Positions 36,865-50,277 of a stretch of 64,000 nt of DNA are shown piece by piece; positions within the stretch are counted from its first letter, which is position 1; each line of letters starts with the position of its first letter. The notes under the pieces were generated by a model. It was not told the DNA's origin. It saw only the letters and a program-made list of their open reading frames with translations, and did not search any database. The stretch is taken from positions 6,262,001-6,326,000 of the forward strand of contig NC_042999.1 in NCBI RefSeq assembly GCF_006345805.1. Reading direction: 5' to 3'. Origin of the DNA: Octopus sinensis. Its lineage: Eukaryota. The position numbers and the translations under genes were made by a program.

Positions 36865-37287
36865 AACAACAAACAAGATGAGGACAAATCTTCGTCAAAT
36901 GTAAATAATGTACATAATTCCTCATCTCTTAAATGTAGAACTGTACCTTCCTATTTGGTAACATTCTTGAAATTTCAAACCAATCAGAGGGACAATGGAT
37001 TGAATTCAGCAACTCTGTTGGATATTGGTGAACCAGTTGCCAGGGCCTAACTTTAAAGTGTTCCATCATCCTCTTTCCTAGTTCTTGGCTTTTCTTTAAA
37101 AGTAATTAAAATACTCAACAAATAGGCGCAGGAGGGGCTGTGTGATAAGAAGCTTGCTTACCAAGTACATGATTCCAAGTTCAGTCCCACTGCGTGACAC
37201 CTTGGGTAGGTGTCTTCTTCTATAGAACTCAGGCCGACCAAAGCCTTGTGAATAGATTTGGTTGACGGAAACTGAAAGAAGCCTGTC

Positions 37288-37323
37288 GTGTATATATATA
37301 TATATATTATATATGTATGTATA

Positions 37324-37376
<53 letters not shown>

Positions 37377-37437
37377 ATATGTATGTATGTATATATGTAT
37401 GTATGTATGTATATATGTATGTATATATATATGTTTG

Positions 37438-37468
<31 letters not shown>

Positions 37469-37550
37469 GTGTGTGTGTGTATATATATATATGTATGTAT
37501 ATATGTGTGTGTGTGTATATATGTGTATATACATATATATATATATGTAT
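37288..37550. repeat. Compound (TA)/(TG)/(TATG) microsatellite in a SINE A linker
   Basis: Direct inspection; it produces the spurious YIYI/CVCV ORFs. Confidence 0.95.
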
Positions 37551-38080
37551 GAAATTGCTGGCCTTGTGCTAAAATTTGAAATCGTAACTTGTCAGTTTCC
37601 GTGACTGGCTCCCGTGCCGGTGGCACATAAAAGGCACCAACCGAATGTGGCTGATGTCGGTACCCCCCTGAGTGACTCTTGTGCCGGTGGCATGTAAAAA
37701 GCACCGTCTGAACGTGGTTGATGCCAGGCCCGCCTAACTGGCTCTTGTGCCGGTGGCACATAAAAAGCACCCACTATACTCTTGGAGTGGTTGGCGTTAG
37801 GAAGGACATCTAGCTGTAGAAACCTTGGCAGATCAGATTGGGGCCTGGTGCAGCCTCCTGGCTTGCCAGCCCTCAGTCAAACCGTCCAACCCATGCCAGC
37901 ATGGAAAACAGACGTTAAACAATGATGATGATGATGATTGCAATTGTCTGGAACCCTCCCCTACAAAATTGGTTTTCTACTTTGTCTACTCATTTTGATG
38001 TCATTTTTAATTTAAATTTAAAACTCAAACTTGTTTATTTTTTCCTCTTACAGTTTCCATTTGGCTGTGATTTTTCCGAA

Positions 38081-38207
38081 ATGTCGAAACCTCAGTTTAC
38101 GATGTTGGACCAGTCTATGTCCACCTTACATGCTGTCAACAACAACATGTCTGCCGGAATGGAGTCTGTAATAGACTGTGCACAAGACTTAATTGAGCAA
38201 AGTACAG
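38081..38207 (+). CDS. NSMCE2: NSE2/MMS21 E3 SUMO ligase, coding exon 1 (MSKPQFTMLDQ...DLIEQST); the exon starts at 38054 with 5'UTR
   Basis: Acceptor cctcttacag at 38053, ATG at 38081, donor AG|GTAATC, 127 nt, phase 1. Confidence 0.85.
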
Positions 38208-38236
38208 GTAATCAAAACAGATTTATTTTATTTTAT

Positions 38237-38635
38237 ACTAGCAGTATCGCCCGGCGTTGCTCGGGTTTGTAAGGGAAATAACTATATAAGCATTTTTAGA
38301 GAGTTATAGCCAAAAAATAGCAAAAAAATGCATTAAAAATGGGGAAAAAATGATGGTAAATTTTTTTTTAAATCGTTGACTCATCGTAGACATTTTTAGT
38401 GAGTTACTTCCCTTATATAATAGCGAAAAAATGCATTAAAATGGAAAAAAATGATGGTAATTTTTTTTTAAATCGTAGACTCATCGTAGATGCGCGCTAA
38501 TACCCAGAAGGGCTCGATATGAATCACGACTATAAGATACCCGGTTTTGGTTAAACTGCACCGCAAAATGTGGGAGTAGTTAGGAATCTAAATCGTAGGA
38601 GACAGACACACAACCTTACTTTTATATATAAAGAT
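38237..38635 (+). mobile_element. Helentron/DINE-like non-autonomous element
   Basis: 5' ACTAGCAG..CCCGGCGTTGCTCGGG hairpin, 3' ..cttttatatataaagat; no TIR or TSD. Reverse copy at 20508-21025. Confidence 0.55.
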
Positions 38636-38729
38636 ATTTCACTACAAACAGGAACGAGAGCCTGAACGGTTGTATAGCTTATGTCCTGGAGGCTAAGTGA
38701 CTGAAATGTCACTGGTTTCTATCCTGTTA

Positions 38730-39155
38730 CAAGGTGGCGAGTTGGCAGAAACGTTAGCACGCCGGGCAAAATGTGTAGCCGTATTTCGTCTGCCGTTACG
38801 TTGTGAGTTCAAATTCCGCCGAGGTCGACTTTCCCCTTCATCCTTTCAGAGTCGATTAAATAAGTACCAGTTACGCACTGGGGTCGATATAATCGACTTA
38901 ATCCCTTTGTCTGTCCTTGTTTGTTCCCTCTGTGTTTAGCCCCTTGTGGGTAGTAAAGAAATAGAAATAGGTATTTCATCTGTCTTTACGTTCTGAGTTC
39001 AAATTCCACCAAGGTCAGCTTTGCCTTTCATCCTTTCGGAGTCGATTAAATAAGTACCAGTTACGCACTGGAGTCGATATAATCGACTTCATCCCTTTGT
39101 CTGTCCTTGTTTGTTCCCTCTGTTTTTAGCCCCTTGTGGGTAGTAAAGAAATAGG
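38730..39155 (+). mobile_element. tRNA-derived SINE family B with internally repeated unit
   Basis: Head ggcgagctggcagaa(a/t)cgttagc..gagttcaaattcc; an approximately 190-bp unit repeated in tandem. Copies at 14077, 16990(-), 32820, 33955, 44780(-), 56900(-), 61860. Confidence 0.85.
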
Positions 39156-41325
39156 TTTCTATCCTGTTACTAACACTGTGTTGTATCAGTAGTCAACAGC
39201 TTGTCTCTAACAAGCTCAGTCTACTCAGCTGTAGATAAGGAGTGACTGTAAAACTAAAGAGTGCTTGATTTCTTCGCTGTATACAGCTTAAATCTTGACA
39301 TACAGATTTGAGAAGGGTAAAGTTTTTAGTAATATTTCTATGACTCACCAGTTAATGGTTCACTAAATTTGCCCTCCCACCACAAAAGAATTAACAAGTA
39401 TTAAAGCAAATTATTGCTTTAGTTCAGACTATATGACCCTGCTTGTGGTTCCATGCCATTTCTGCTATAATTCTTCTTGCTCCTACCCAACCACTCTTCT
39501 TGCATTTGATATCTTCCTGAAATGTTCAGCACCAAATGTGTTGTGGTCTTTCCTTTCTTTTGCATTTCTAAGAGATCTTTGGGAGATTTCATTGTTTTTA
39601 ATAGCACGTGTAGTTTGTCTGGGAAATCGGTTTTTCTATTTCTAAATAAATTTCCTTCGACCCTTCAGCACTCAGATTACTCTATCAAACATAATGTTTA
39701 TTTATTCACATTGCTTTGAATGAATTCTGCATTATTTCATAGCCTTGAGATTTCAACAATATAATTATTATTTTTTAGAATGACATTGTAGATAGATGTG
39801 AGAGGCCAGATCTGGCTAATTTAAACATTATCTTTTATTTTTTTTTATGCGCCCTTTTCAAGCCTAACAGGTTCATGGGCCCGGTTTCTGTGGTGTATGT
39901 GCTCCCCCCAGCTGGACGGGACACCAGTCCATCGCAGCATTACTCAAGAAACAGGAAGAGAGAGTGAGAGAAAGTTGGGGTGAAAGTGTACAACAAGGAT
40001 CCCCCACCCTCTGCAAGAGCCTTGGGGAGCTTTAGGTGTTTTTGTTCAATAAACACATACAACGCCCAGTCTAGGAATCGAAACCGCGATCCTCCAACCG
40101 TGAGTCCGCTGCCCTCACTACTGGGCCATTGTGCCTCCACAGTTTAAACATAGACCATGTAAAATATTTGGGCAGGTTTAAATGCTAAGGGGTTAAATAA
40201 AAGAAGTCATTTTTAAATGTATTTAGCTGTTTATTTTGTGTTGATTATTTTTGGAGATTTGCACCTGGGACCATTTTCCATTTGTGTGGTTTCATAATCT
40301 TTCTTCTTAACCATGTGGCTATTCCTCTATGAATACAGGTGCACATATTTAAACCATCTAAAGCTGGAAACTTATGTTGCCCCTACCTCTTTCCATTACT
40401 CCCTACTTTGTGTCTCAACACATACTTACTTGCCCAGTTCTGTTGCCTCTGAAAAGGGTAATTCCAGAACCCTTTTCCTCTTCATACATTCCCAGTTTAA
40501 TTACCAATCAGCAATAATTTTAATTAGTCAAGACCTGTTGAGTCAAGTGAAATCATAGTTGTGACCGATACCTGTGCTGGTGGCATGTAAAACGTGCCAT
40601 TCGAGCGTGGTTAATGCCAGTGCCCTCTGACTGGCTCCTGTGCCAGTGGCACGTAAAAAGCAACATTCAAGCATGCTCGATGCCAATGCTGTCCAACTGG
40701 CTCTCATGCCAGTGGCATGTAAAAAGCATCATTCTACCGTGGATGATGTCCATGCTGCCTATTTGGCCCCCATGCCGGAGGCACATAAAATGCACCCACT
40801 ACACTCTCTGAGTGGTTGGCATTAGGAAGAGCATCCAGCTGTAGAAACCTTGCCAGATCAGATAGGAGCCTGGTGCAGTCTCCTAGCCTGCTAGTCCTCA
40901 GTCAAACCATCCAACCCATGCCAGCATGGAAAGCGGACATTAAACAATGATGATAATGATCAACTGTAACTTACACCACCCAATTACTAGGTATGCCTCC
41001 AATTACCAATACCCTCTTTTCTCTCAACCCTAAATGAACTTAACCCTTTCATTACCAATCCGGCTGAAACCGGCTCTGGCTCTGTGTACAAATGTCTTGT
41101 TTACATAAGTTTTGAATTAAAATCTTCCTCCAAACCTTAGTCACAATTTATGTTCCTAACACTAGCTGAATGATAACTAAGTTATTTTACTAAATTCTTT
41201 GTTATATTTAAAATTAATTGAAAGAAACACAGATAGTCTCAAAATAAATGCAGTAACGAAAGGGTTAAATCTCTTTTACTGTTAACTCAATCTTGTGATA
41301 TTTTTCTGATTCAATTTATTTTCAG

Positions 41326-41435
41326 CTAATAACACTAAAGAAATTGATGAAATGAGAAAGATAATGCACAAATACATTGAAATGGAACGAGAGTTGAAAC
41401 ATTATCAGACTGCTATTAAAAATGTCAAAGAAACG
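41326..41435 (+). CDS. NSMCE2: NSE2/MMS21 coding exon 2 (ANNTKEIDEMRKIMHKYIEMERELKHYQTAIKNVKET), helical N-terminal region
   Basis: Acceptor ttattttcag, donor CG|GTAAAT, 110 nt, phase 1-0. Confidence 0.9.
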
Positions 41436-41587
41436 GTAAATTTCATTATTTGTCTCTGTTATAAAGTACAGTTTGGTTTTGTAGATTTGGTGTTGATTTA
41501 TTCTCCAAATATTTATATTGTGTTGAAGATAATCTTTTCATTAGAAAATTACGATTTTTGAATCTTTACCTTTTTACCGGGAGATTT

Positions 41588-42398
41588 AGAAAATGATTTT
41601 TTGTAACTAAACACTTTCAAACTTCATATACTGGTAGAATGTGTCATATAAAACATCTTTTACTCTTAGCGTTTTTGAGAAAAGTTTATATTTACAAAGT
41701 TATTTCATGCTAAAGTTGTCGTATTTTGGTAATTTCAACCAATCAATGATGTGTATTCAACTGAATAAAATTACTGCGATAGTTTGTCAACAACTTCTGG
41801 TGGTGTATATTTCATTTGTCACTGTTATTTATGACATCATTCATCTCAGATTGTATGAATAAACGAGTGTATCTGAAGCATGTTTACTTCATGGCACCAC
41901 CATAATCGTTTGTGCATTTCTTCTGCTTTTAGTTTCCTTTTTTTCCTGTTTTTCAGCTTCTGTTTTCAGAAAGACTTATTTGCCCACCTCCCTACTCCTA
42001 CCCCTCCAATTTCTTCATTTTTCATTTTTTCCGTAACTCTAACCCTAAAACTAATCCTAAAACCCTAACCCTAAAACCCCAACCCTAACCCTAAAACCTT
42101 AACCCTAACCCCTTAAAGCTAAAACCTGTACAAATGCATGAACAATGTCATAAATAACAGTGACAAATGAAATATACACCGCCGATAGTTGTTGTTGACA
42201 AACAACGGCAGTAATTTTATTCAGCTGAATACACGTCATTGATTGGTTGAAATTACCGAAATAGGACAACTTTAACACGAAATAACTTCGTAAATATAAA
42301 CTTTTCTCAAAAAACACTAAGAGTAAAAGATGTTTTATATGACACATTCTAGCAGTATACAAAGTTTGAAAGTGTTTAGTTACAAAAAATTAATTTCT
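41588..42398. mobile_element. Fold-back element with long inverted arms around a CCCTAA-like tract
   Basis: Arms 41588-41844 and 42138-42398 are reverse complements; degenerate (CCCTAA)n at 42034-42126. A partial arm copy lies at about 20300-20490. Confidence 0.75.
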
Positions 42399-43737
42399 CA
42401 AGCTGCCGTTCAAAGGGAAAAGATCCCTATTTTTAAATCTCACAACGAGAGATATTCAGCAACAGTCCTTTGGGGTAAAGATTGTTTGCCATGTTATGTT
42501 GACAAACAATCTTTACTACAAAGTACTGTTGCTGAATAAACTTTTCATTTGATTTCACTTTAAGCTGTGGTGAAAGTAGAAAGAGATAAGATTTTACTGC
42601 TTTCCAAAGATGTTGTTTTCTTGGTTCATGGGTTGAGAGTTTTAATCTGTTGCTGGTGTTTCCTTCTTCCTGATTGATTTTCTGTCATTTTGATGTGGCA
42701 CCTGGAATTTCTGTTAAAGATATTTGCATCAACCAAGCGTTTTCTAGGAGAGGATATTTCTCTTGTATCAGATTCTTACTGGTTGGTGCTGCTCCTACAG
42801 AAAAATCAGTGATGTAGGGGTTTATACTTCTGCTTTACTTTTCGTAGACTAAAGCAAGTCTGAGAGGCACAAGCTTGCTTCCTAATTACATGGTTCTGAG
42901 CAATTGTCCTCTAGTATGACCTTGGGCCAACCAAAGTCTTAAGAGTGGATTTAGTAGAGAGAAACTGAAGGAAGACTTACGTGTGTGTGTGTTTTTGCAT
43001 CTGTTTGTCTCCCACCACTGCTTGACAACTGTTGTTGGTGTGTAGCATCCTCATGACCAAGCAGTTCAGTGAAAGAGACTGATGAAATAAGTACCAGGTC
43101 CAACAAAGCATAAGCACTGGGGGTCAATTCATTTGACCAAAAATTCTTCAAGGTAGTGCCCAGGCTGCAGTCCCAGGAATTTTTTGAAGGGAGGACACAA
43201 GGTCAGAAGGAAATACAATTCCAGGAGAAAAGGGTGTCATAACATTATTTAGAAGGGTGCACTTCTTTTCTTGAGGCAGGAGATGTTTCCCCCACCCCCA
43301 CCCTGGCGTCTGCCCCTGGTACGCCAGCAGGGTCACAGCGTTAGTGATACATATATATATATATATATATATATGACAGGCTTCTTTCAGTTTCTGTCTA
43401 CCAAATCCACTCAAAGGCTTTGGTCAGCCCAAGGCTATGGTAGAAGACACTTGCCCAAGGTGCCACGCAGTGGAACTGAACCTAGAATCATGTGGTTGGG
43501 AACCAGGCTTCTTACGACACAGCCACAACTAAATCTTATGTGGGACCCCAGGGGGTCATACAGCCCCTGGTTGAGAATTACTGGTTTAGATGAAGGTCAA
43601 TGTGTAGTGAAGGGGTTCTGAGGAAAGGGGCAGTAGAACCGAAAGAGGAAACCTAATCTCAGCAATTAGCAAACTGGAGTAACGAGATATTCAATGAATT
43701 AATTCAGTTTTAATTTTCTCATTAAAAATTTAATTAG

Positions 43738-43885
43738 GGAAGTACAACAGAAAATGACGAAGATATTGATTATTTGTCGTGTTTAAAAGAGAATTTAGAG
43801 AAATTGAAAACTAAAAACTCTGAAGATGACATCACCAAACATGAAAAATATGTGAAGCTTTCTGAACTTTACAAAGAGGAAGAAA
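43738..43885 (+). CDS. NSMCE2: NSE2/MMS21 coding exon 3 (GSTTENDEDIDYLSCLKENLEKL...LSELYKEEE)
   Basis: Acceptor tttaattag, donor A|GTAAGT, 148 nt, phase 0-1. Confidence 0.88.
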
Positions 43886-46130
43886 GTAAGTACAAGTTTA
43901 ATGTGTTTACATTGTTTGTGGAATATTTAACCCTTTAGAATTCAGATTATTCTATCAAATATATCATCATCATCGTTTAAAATTCACTTTCCATGCTGGC
44001 ATAGGTTGGACGGTTTGGCTGGGGTCTGGACAGCCAGCAGCTGCACCAGGCTCCAATCTGATCTGACAATGTTTCTACAGCTGGATGCCCTTCCTAATGC
44101 CAACCATTCTGAAAGTGTAGTGAGTGCCTTTTACGTGCCACCAGAACAGGAGCCAATCAGGTGGGCCTGGCATCAATCGCATTCAGATAGTGCTTTTTAT
44201 GTGCCACCAGCATGGGAGCCACACACACGTGTGTGCATGTGCCCCCAAGCAGGTATATATACATACAACGGGCTTCTTTCAGTTTCTGTCTACCAAATCC
44301 ACTCACAAGGCTTTAGTTGGCTCGAGGCTTTAGTAGAAGATAGTTGCCAAAAGTGCCATACTTTGGGACTGAACCTAGAACCATGTGTTTGGGAAGCAAA
44401 CTTCTTACCACACAGCCACACTTGTGCTTGTATCTAATCTTAAAATAGGTGCAGGTGTGGCTGTGAGATTAAATAATTCTCTTTCTAACCACATGGTCTT
44501 GGGTTCAATCCTACCATGTGGAACTTTGGACAAGTATCTTCTGTTATACCCTCAGGCTGGCTGAAGTCATGTGAGTGGATTTAATAGACGGAAACCTAAA
44601 GAAGCCCTTTGTATGATGGGTGCAACAGATCTGTGGACCTTCATTGTTACTCCAATGTACAACATGTGGTATTAGAGGTTTAGCCTGGGTTTATTTTACT
44701 GAGAAACTTATCTTTATAGGATTAAAGACACTGTGAGGGGACATTACAAAGAAATATCGAAGGAGAGCTCAGTTAATGGGCTTCTTTCAGTTTCTTATTT
44801 CTTCATTGCCCACAAGGGGCTAAACATAGAGGGGATAAACAAGGAGATTAGGTCGATTACATTGACCCCAGTGCGTAACTGGTACTTAATTTATCGACCC
44901 CGAAAGGATGAAAGGCAAAGTCGACCTTGGTGGAATTTGAACCTAGAACGTAACGGCAAACGAAATACCTATTTCTTTATTACGCACAAGGGGCTAAACA
45001 CTGAGAGGACAAACAATGACAGACAAACAGATTAAGTCGATTATATCGACCCCAGTGCGTAACTGGTACTTATTTAATCAACTTGAAAGGATGAAAGGCA
45101 AAGTTGACCTCGGTGGAATTTGAATTCAGAACGTAACAGCAGACAAAATATCACTAAGCATTTCGCCCGGCGTGCTAACGTTTTTGCCAGCTTCTTTCAG
45201 TTTCTATCTACCAAATTCACTCACATGGTTTTGGTTGGCCCAGGGCTAAAGTAGAAGGCACTCGCTCAAGGTGCTGGAAGATAGAACTGAACCAAAGACC
45301 AAAGGGTTGAGAAGCAAGCTTCTTAGCCACTCTGCTTGTCTGCACCTTAGAAATGTAGTCATCATCATTGTTTAACTTCCGTTTTCCATGCTAACATGGG
45401 TTGGACGGTTCAACTGGGGTCTGGGAAGCCAGAAGGCTGCGCCAGGCCCAGTCTGATCTGGCAGTGTTTCTACAGCTGGATGCCCTTCCTAATGCCAACC
45501 ACTCCATGAGTGTAGTGGGTGCTTTTTACCTACAACCTGCACAGGTGCCAGACGAGGCTGGCAAACGGCCATGATCGGATGGTGCTTTTTACGTGCCACC
45601 GGCACGGAGGCCAATCGGGGCAGCGCTGGCAACGGCCACGTTCGGATGGTTCTCTTACGTGCCTTCGGCACTGGTATCTCAGCTATAATTTCCATTGATT
45701 TCTTCTATGTTTCTCTAATGTATGAAGATGCAACAGTATTTTCTGAGTTGTTTTTTAAATTATTTTAAATCTATTATTAAATTAACGAGCTGGCAGAATC
45801 ATTAGCATTGCTGCACAAAATGCTTGGTGCCATTTCGTCTGTCTTCACTCGCTGAGGTCGACTTTGTCTTTCGTCCTTTCAGAGTCTCTTTTACTCTTTA
45901 CTTGTTTCAGTCATCTGACTGTGGCCATGCTGGAGCACCGCATTTAGTTGAGAAAATCGACCCCAGGACTTATTCTTTGTAAGCCTAGTACTTATACTAC
46001 CAGTCTCTTTTACCGAACTGCTAAGTTACAGGGACGTAAACACATCAGCATCGGTTGTCAAGCAATGTTAGGGGGACAAACACAGACACACAAACATATA
46101 CGCACACACATACATATATATATATATATG

Positions 46131-46200
<70 letters not shown>

Positions 46201-46289
46201 TATATACGACAGGCTTCTTACAGTTTCCGTCTACCAAATCCACTCACAAGGCTTTGGTTGGCCCGAAGCTATAGTAGTGGTCTAACGAA

Positions 46290-47090
46290 TGGGACCTGTG
46301 CCTGAACGTGTCAAAGTGCTGTCATCTGCCTGTTGACTCTTCTCCTGCAACTCAACTTGATTTCGAGCCAAGTCGTCTGCTGCTGGAGAGGACCGACCAA
46401 GTAAAGGACCTGGGTATCTTGGTGGATTCTTCCTTTTCACCTTCGGCCCAGTGCGTCCATGCTGCCAACAAAGCACGCGGAGTTCTGTTCTTGATTCGAC
46501 TGTCATTCGGAATGCTTACAGCAGCCATATTCCTACCGCTTTATGTCACGCTGGTGAGACCCATATTGGAGTACGGGATTCAAGCCTCTTCTCCTTATCT
46601 CCTCAAAGACATACATCATCTCGAAAGAGTCCAGAAGCTGGCTACCTGCATGGTTCTTGGTCTCAAGCATTTGTCTTATGAAGAAGGGCTGAAGACGCTC
46701 GACCTTTATACTCTAGAAAAACGACGACGCCGTGGTGATCTCATTCTTGCTCACAACATCATAAGCGGAAAGTGTAACCTCTCGAAAGAGCTGTTCTTCA
46801 CTCCTGCTCCTGAGCGTCGGCTGCGGGGTCACTCCAAAAAGCTCTATCTGCGACGATTTCATCTCAATCGAAGGAGAGGGGCTTTCTCCGTCTGGGTTGC
46901 GGATCCATGGAATAAGCTGCCGGATGAGATAGTGAAGATGCCGACGACCGCTCGGTTCAAAGTCTCTCCTGACCAGAAATGGCCTGAACTCTTTGCATGA
47001 ACACCACCCTGTACATAACTCCATGTCCCCCTACATGGCCTTGCTTTTTGCTTTTTGAGCCAAAAAATTAACTTAACTTAACTTAACTTA
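46290..47090 (+). mobile_element. CR1-clade LINE 3' fragment with (TTAAC)n tail
   Basis: ORF 46308..47000: VKDLGILVD, LYVTLVRPILEY, LERVQKLAT, LEKRRRRGDLI; tail aattaacttaacttaac. Confidence 0.9.
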
Positions 47091-49027
47091 GAAGACACTC
47101 GCCTAAAGTGCCATGCAGTGGGACTGAACATGGAACCATGTGGTTGGTAAGCAAGCTACTTACCACACAGCCACTCCAATGATAAATTATGTACCAGTTG
47201 TGTACTGGGGTCAATCTAATTGACTGGCATCCTCCCAGCAAAATTTCAGGCCTTGTGCCTAGAATAGAAAAGAGTTGATAAATTCAGTACCTGTTGAACA
47301 CTAGGATCAATATAATCAAATTATCCTCTCCCCCCCCAAAATGCTGGCCTTGTGCCAAAATTTGAAACTGATATTATTGTTGTTAGTGTCAAGCTGGAAG
47401 AATCATTATTAGCACATCGGGCAAAATGCTTACTCTTACTCTTTACTCTTTTACTTGTTTCAGTCATTTGACTGCGGCCATGCTGGAGCACTGCCTTTAG
47501 TCGAGCAAATCGACCCCGAGACTTATTCTTTGTAAGCCCAGTAGTTATTCTATCGGTCTCTTTTACCGAACCGCTAAGTGACGGGGACATAAACACACCA
47601 GCATCGGTTGTCAAGCAATGCTCGAGGGACAAACACAGACACAAACACACACATACATATATATATACATATATACGACAGGCTTCTTTCAGTTTCCGTC
47701 TACCAAATCCACTCACAAGGCATTGGACGGCCCGGGGCTGTAGCAGAAGACACTTGCCCAAGATGCCACGCAGTGGGACTGAACCCGGAGCCATGTGGTT
47801 GGTTAGCGAGCTACTTACCACACAGCCACTCCTGTGATATCGCTTAGTGATATTTCGTCTGTCTTTATGTTCTGAGTTCAAATTCTGCTGAGATCAACTT
47901 TATCTTTCATCCTTTTCGGGTCAATAGAATAAGTGCCAGAAAAACAGAATATAACCAGGAATGTTGTTTTATTTGTGTTCCTCTTGACCAAGCAAGTAAA
48001 ATTTATCTAAATTCATTAATTATAACAACTATATAATGACTTAAAGTTACATTACTATTTGAGAAGAGATACAGATCAGAATTTTTCGTAAATTAGTTAA
48101 TTATAGTTCAATTATTGCTTTCTCAAAATGTAATTATATAATTATTTAATTATAATTGTTTATTTTAATTTCACACATGGCTTTCTATGAAGACAAAACT
48201 CTGGTCATATGGTACTCACCTGAGGAAAACATTAAACTCAATTATATTTGAGAGGTTACGGGATCCAGTGAATGAGTTAGCTTAGAGATAGATACAACTC
48301 ATGCCAGCATTGAAAAGGGATGTTAAATGTTGTTGCTGTTGTTGTGGTCGTCGTCGACGACGATGATTTAACATGGGTTGGATGGCTTGACAGGAACTGG
48401 CATGGCCAGGGTCCACACCAAGTATCACTGTCTGTTTTAGCTTGGTTTCTACAGCTGGATGCCCTTCCTAACACCAACCACTTTACAGAGTGTACTGGGT
48501 GCTTTTTATGTGGCACCAGCGCCAGTGTGTTTTACTTGGTACTTTAGTTTTAGGATATCAATTCTGTTGTGGTGGGCACCACGTATCTCAGTCCTTAGTC
48601 ATCTCCCTTTGTAAGGCTCAACATTTTGAGATCAGCCGTGATGATCTTTAGAATTTGTTCTAAAAATTCAGGGTAATCAGAAGAAGCATTAGTTTCATCC
48701 AATAAAAATTATGGAAAGAAGAAAAAAAACTTTATAAGCACATGTAGGTACATGTGGGTATACATGGATGAAATAAGAGCAGTACCAAGACAACCTTTCG
48801 ACCACAATCTGAAATAAATTCCAGGCCATCCAAAATGTTGCTTTCTGCATCTTATTGATTTGTATGAACCTACATCACACTTGATGATTACTATGCAGTA
48901 ATACTAAAATTGAAAACAAGAGCAGAAAGAAAAAAAAACATGTAGATACGAAAGTAGACCAATTTTTGGATAAAATTCTCTTTAAAACTCAAACTGATTA
49001 ACTGCAAACACCCAGACATTAGCAGTA

Positions 49028-49269
49028 ATATTCTGTTGTGTCTGGGGAGAGTCATTTTCTTTTTGTGCCTTATAATGTAACACACACACTGGTAAAATTT
49101 CCACTTTTTTCTTATTTTTATTTTCCTAAGATTTTCATTGTGTCTTGCAACCTTTTCAATAGAAAATTTTAGAACAATAAAAATAAGAAAAAAGTGGAAA
49201 TTTTACCAGTGTGTGTGTTACATAATAAGGCACAAAAAGAAAATCACTCTCCCCAGACAAAACAGAATA
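49028..49269. repeat. Inverted repeat with about 95-bp arms and a 53-bp spacer
   Basis: 49028-49122 vs 49176-49269. A related short hairpin lies at 12965-13000. Confidence 0.9.
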
Positions 49270-50277
49270 TGCTTCAACACACGAACTCATATAAAGAACC
49301 TTGCAAACCAAATCCAATAACGAAATATATTAGCAGTAATGTAATGCTAATATAATATCCTAAAACTTCCAACTCTTTCTTTCTCTAACTGAATAAACAC
49401 CGGACTAGTTCCAACCTCAATTGCTTCACTAAAACCGAATTCCAGTCTTAACCATCATCATCATTTAACATCTGCTTTCCATGCTGTCATGGATTGGACA
49501 GTTTAACGGAACCTGGTATGGTCGGGGGTCACACCAGGCTCCATTGTCTGTTTTGGCATGGTTTCTGTAGCTGGGTCCCCTTCCTATCACCAACCACTAT
49601 ACAGAGTGTACTGGGTGACTTTTACAGGGTACCATCTCCAGTGATCTTTTCATGCACCATCACCAATGCTTTTTATGTGGCACCCGTACCAACAGGGTTA
49701 CCGACTAACTTGCAAAACTAAAATCCTTTAACTATATATATGATATATATATGGCAAGTGCAGTTATATATATGATATGGCCGTTGCCAGCTTAGTCTCG
49801 TCCCCGTGCTGGTGGCATGTAAAAAGCACCATCCGATCGTAGCCGTTGCCAGCCTCGTCTGGCACCTGTGCTGGTGGCACGTAAAAAGCACCTACTACAC
49901 TCTCGAAGTGGTTGGCGTTAGGAAGGGCATCCAGCCATAGAAACATTGCCAGATCAGACTGGGCCTGGTGCAGCCTTCTGGCTTCCCAGACCCCAGTTGA
50001 ACCGTCCAACCCATGCCAGCATGGAAGGCGGACGTTAAACGATGAGGATGATAATGATATAAAGTATAAATTTCATTACTGCGATTGTTTTTGGCAATTT
50101 TTTTTTTACATAATTTTTTGCAATGAATGTAATCATCATTGGGATATGACTCTGGAGGAAGGAATTGCACCAAATTCTCCATAACAAGTCAGAGATCTAC
50201 AGTTCTATATTTAAGAGATGAGGAATTATTTACATTATTTACATTTGACGGATATTTGTCCTCATCTTGTTTGTTGT

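Noticed and set aside
37096-37770. 224-aa ORF and other YIYI/CVCV/THTH ORFs
   Set aside because: Translations of microsatellites and SINE/LINE-tail repeats.
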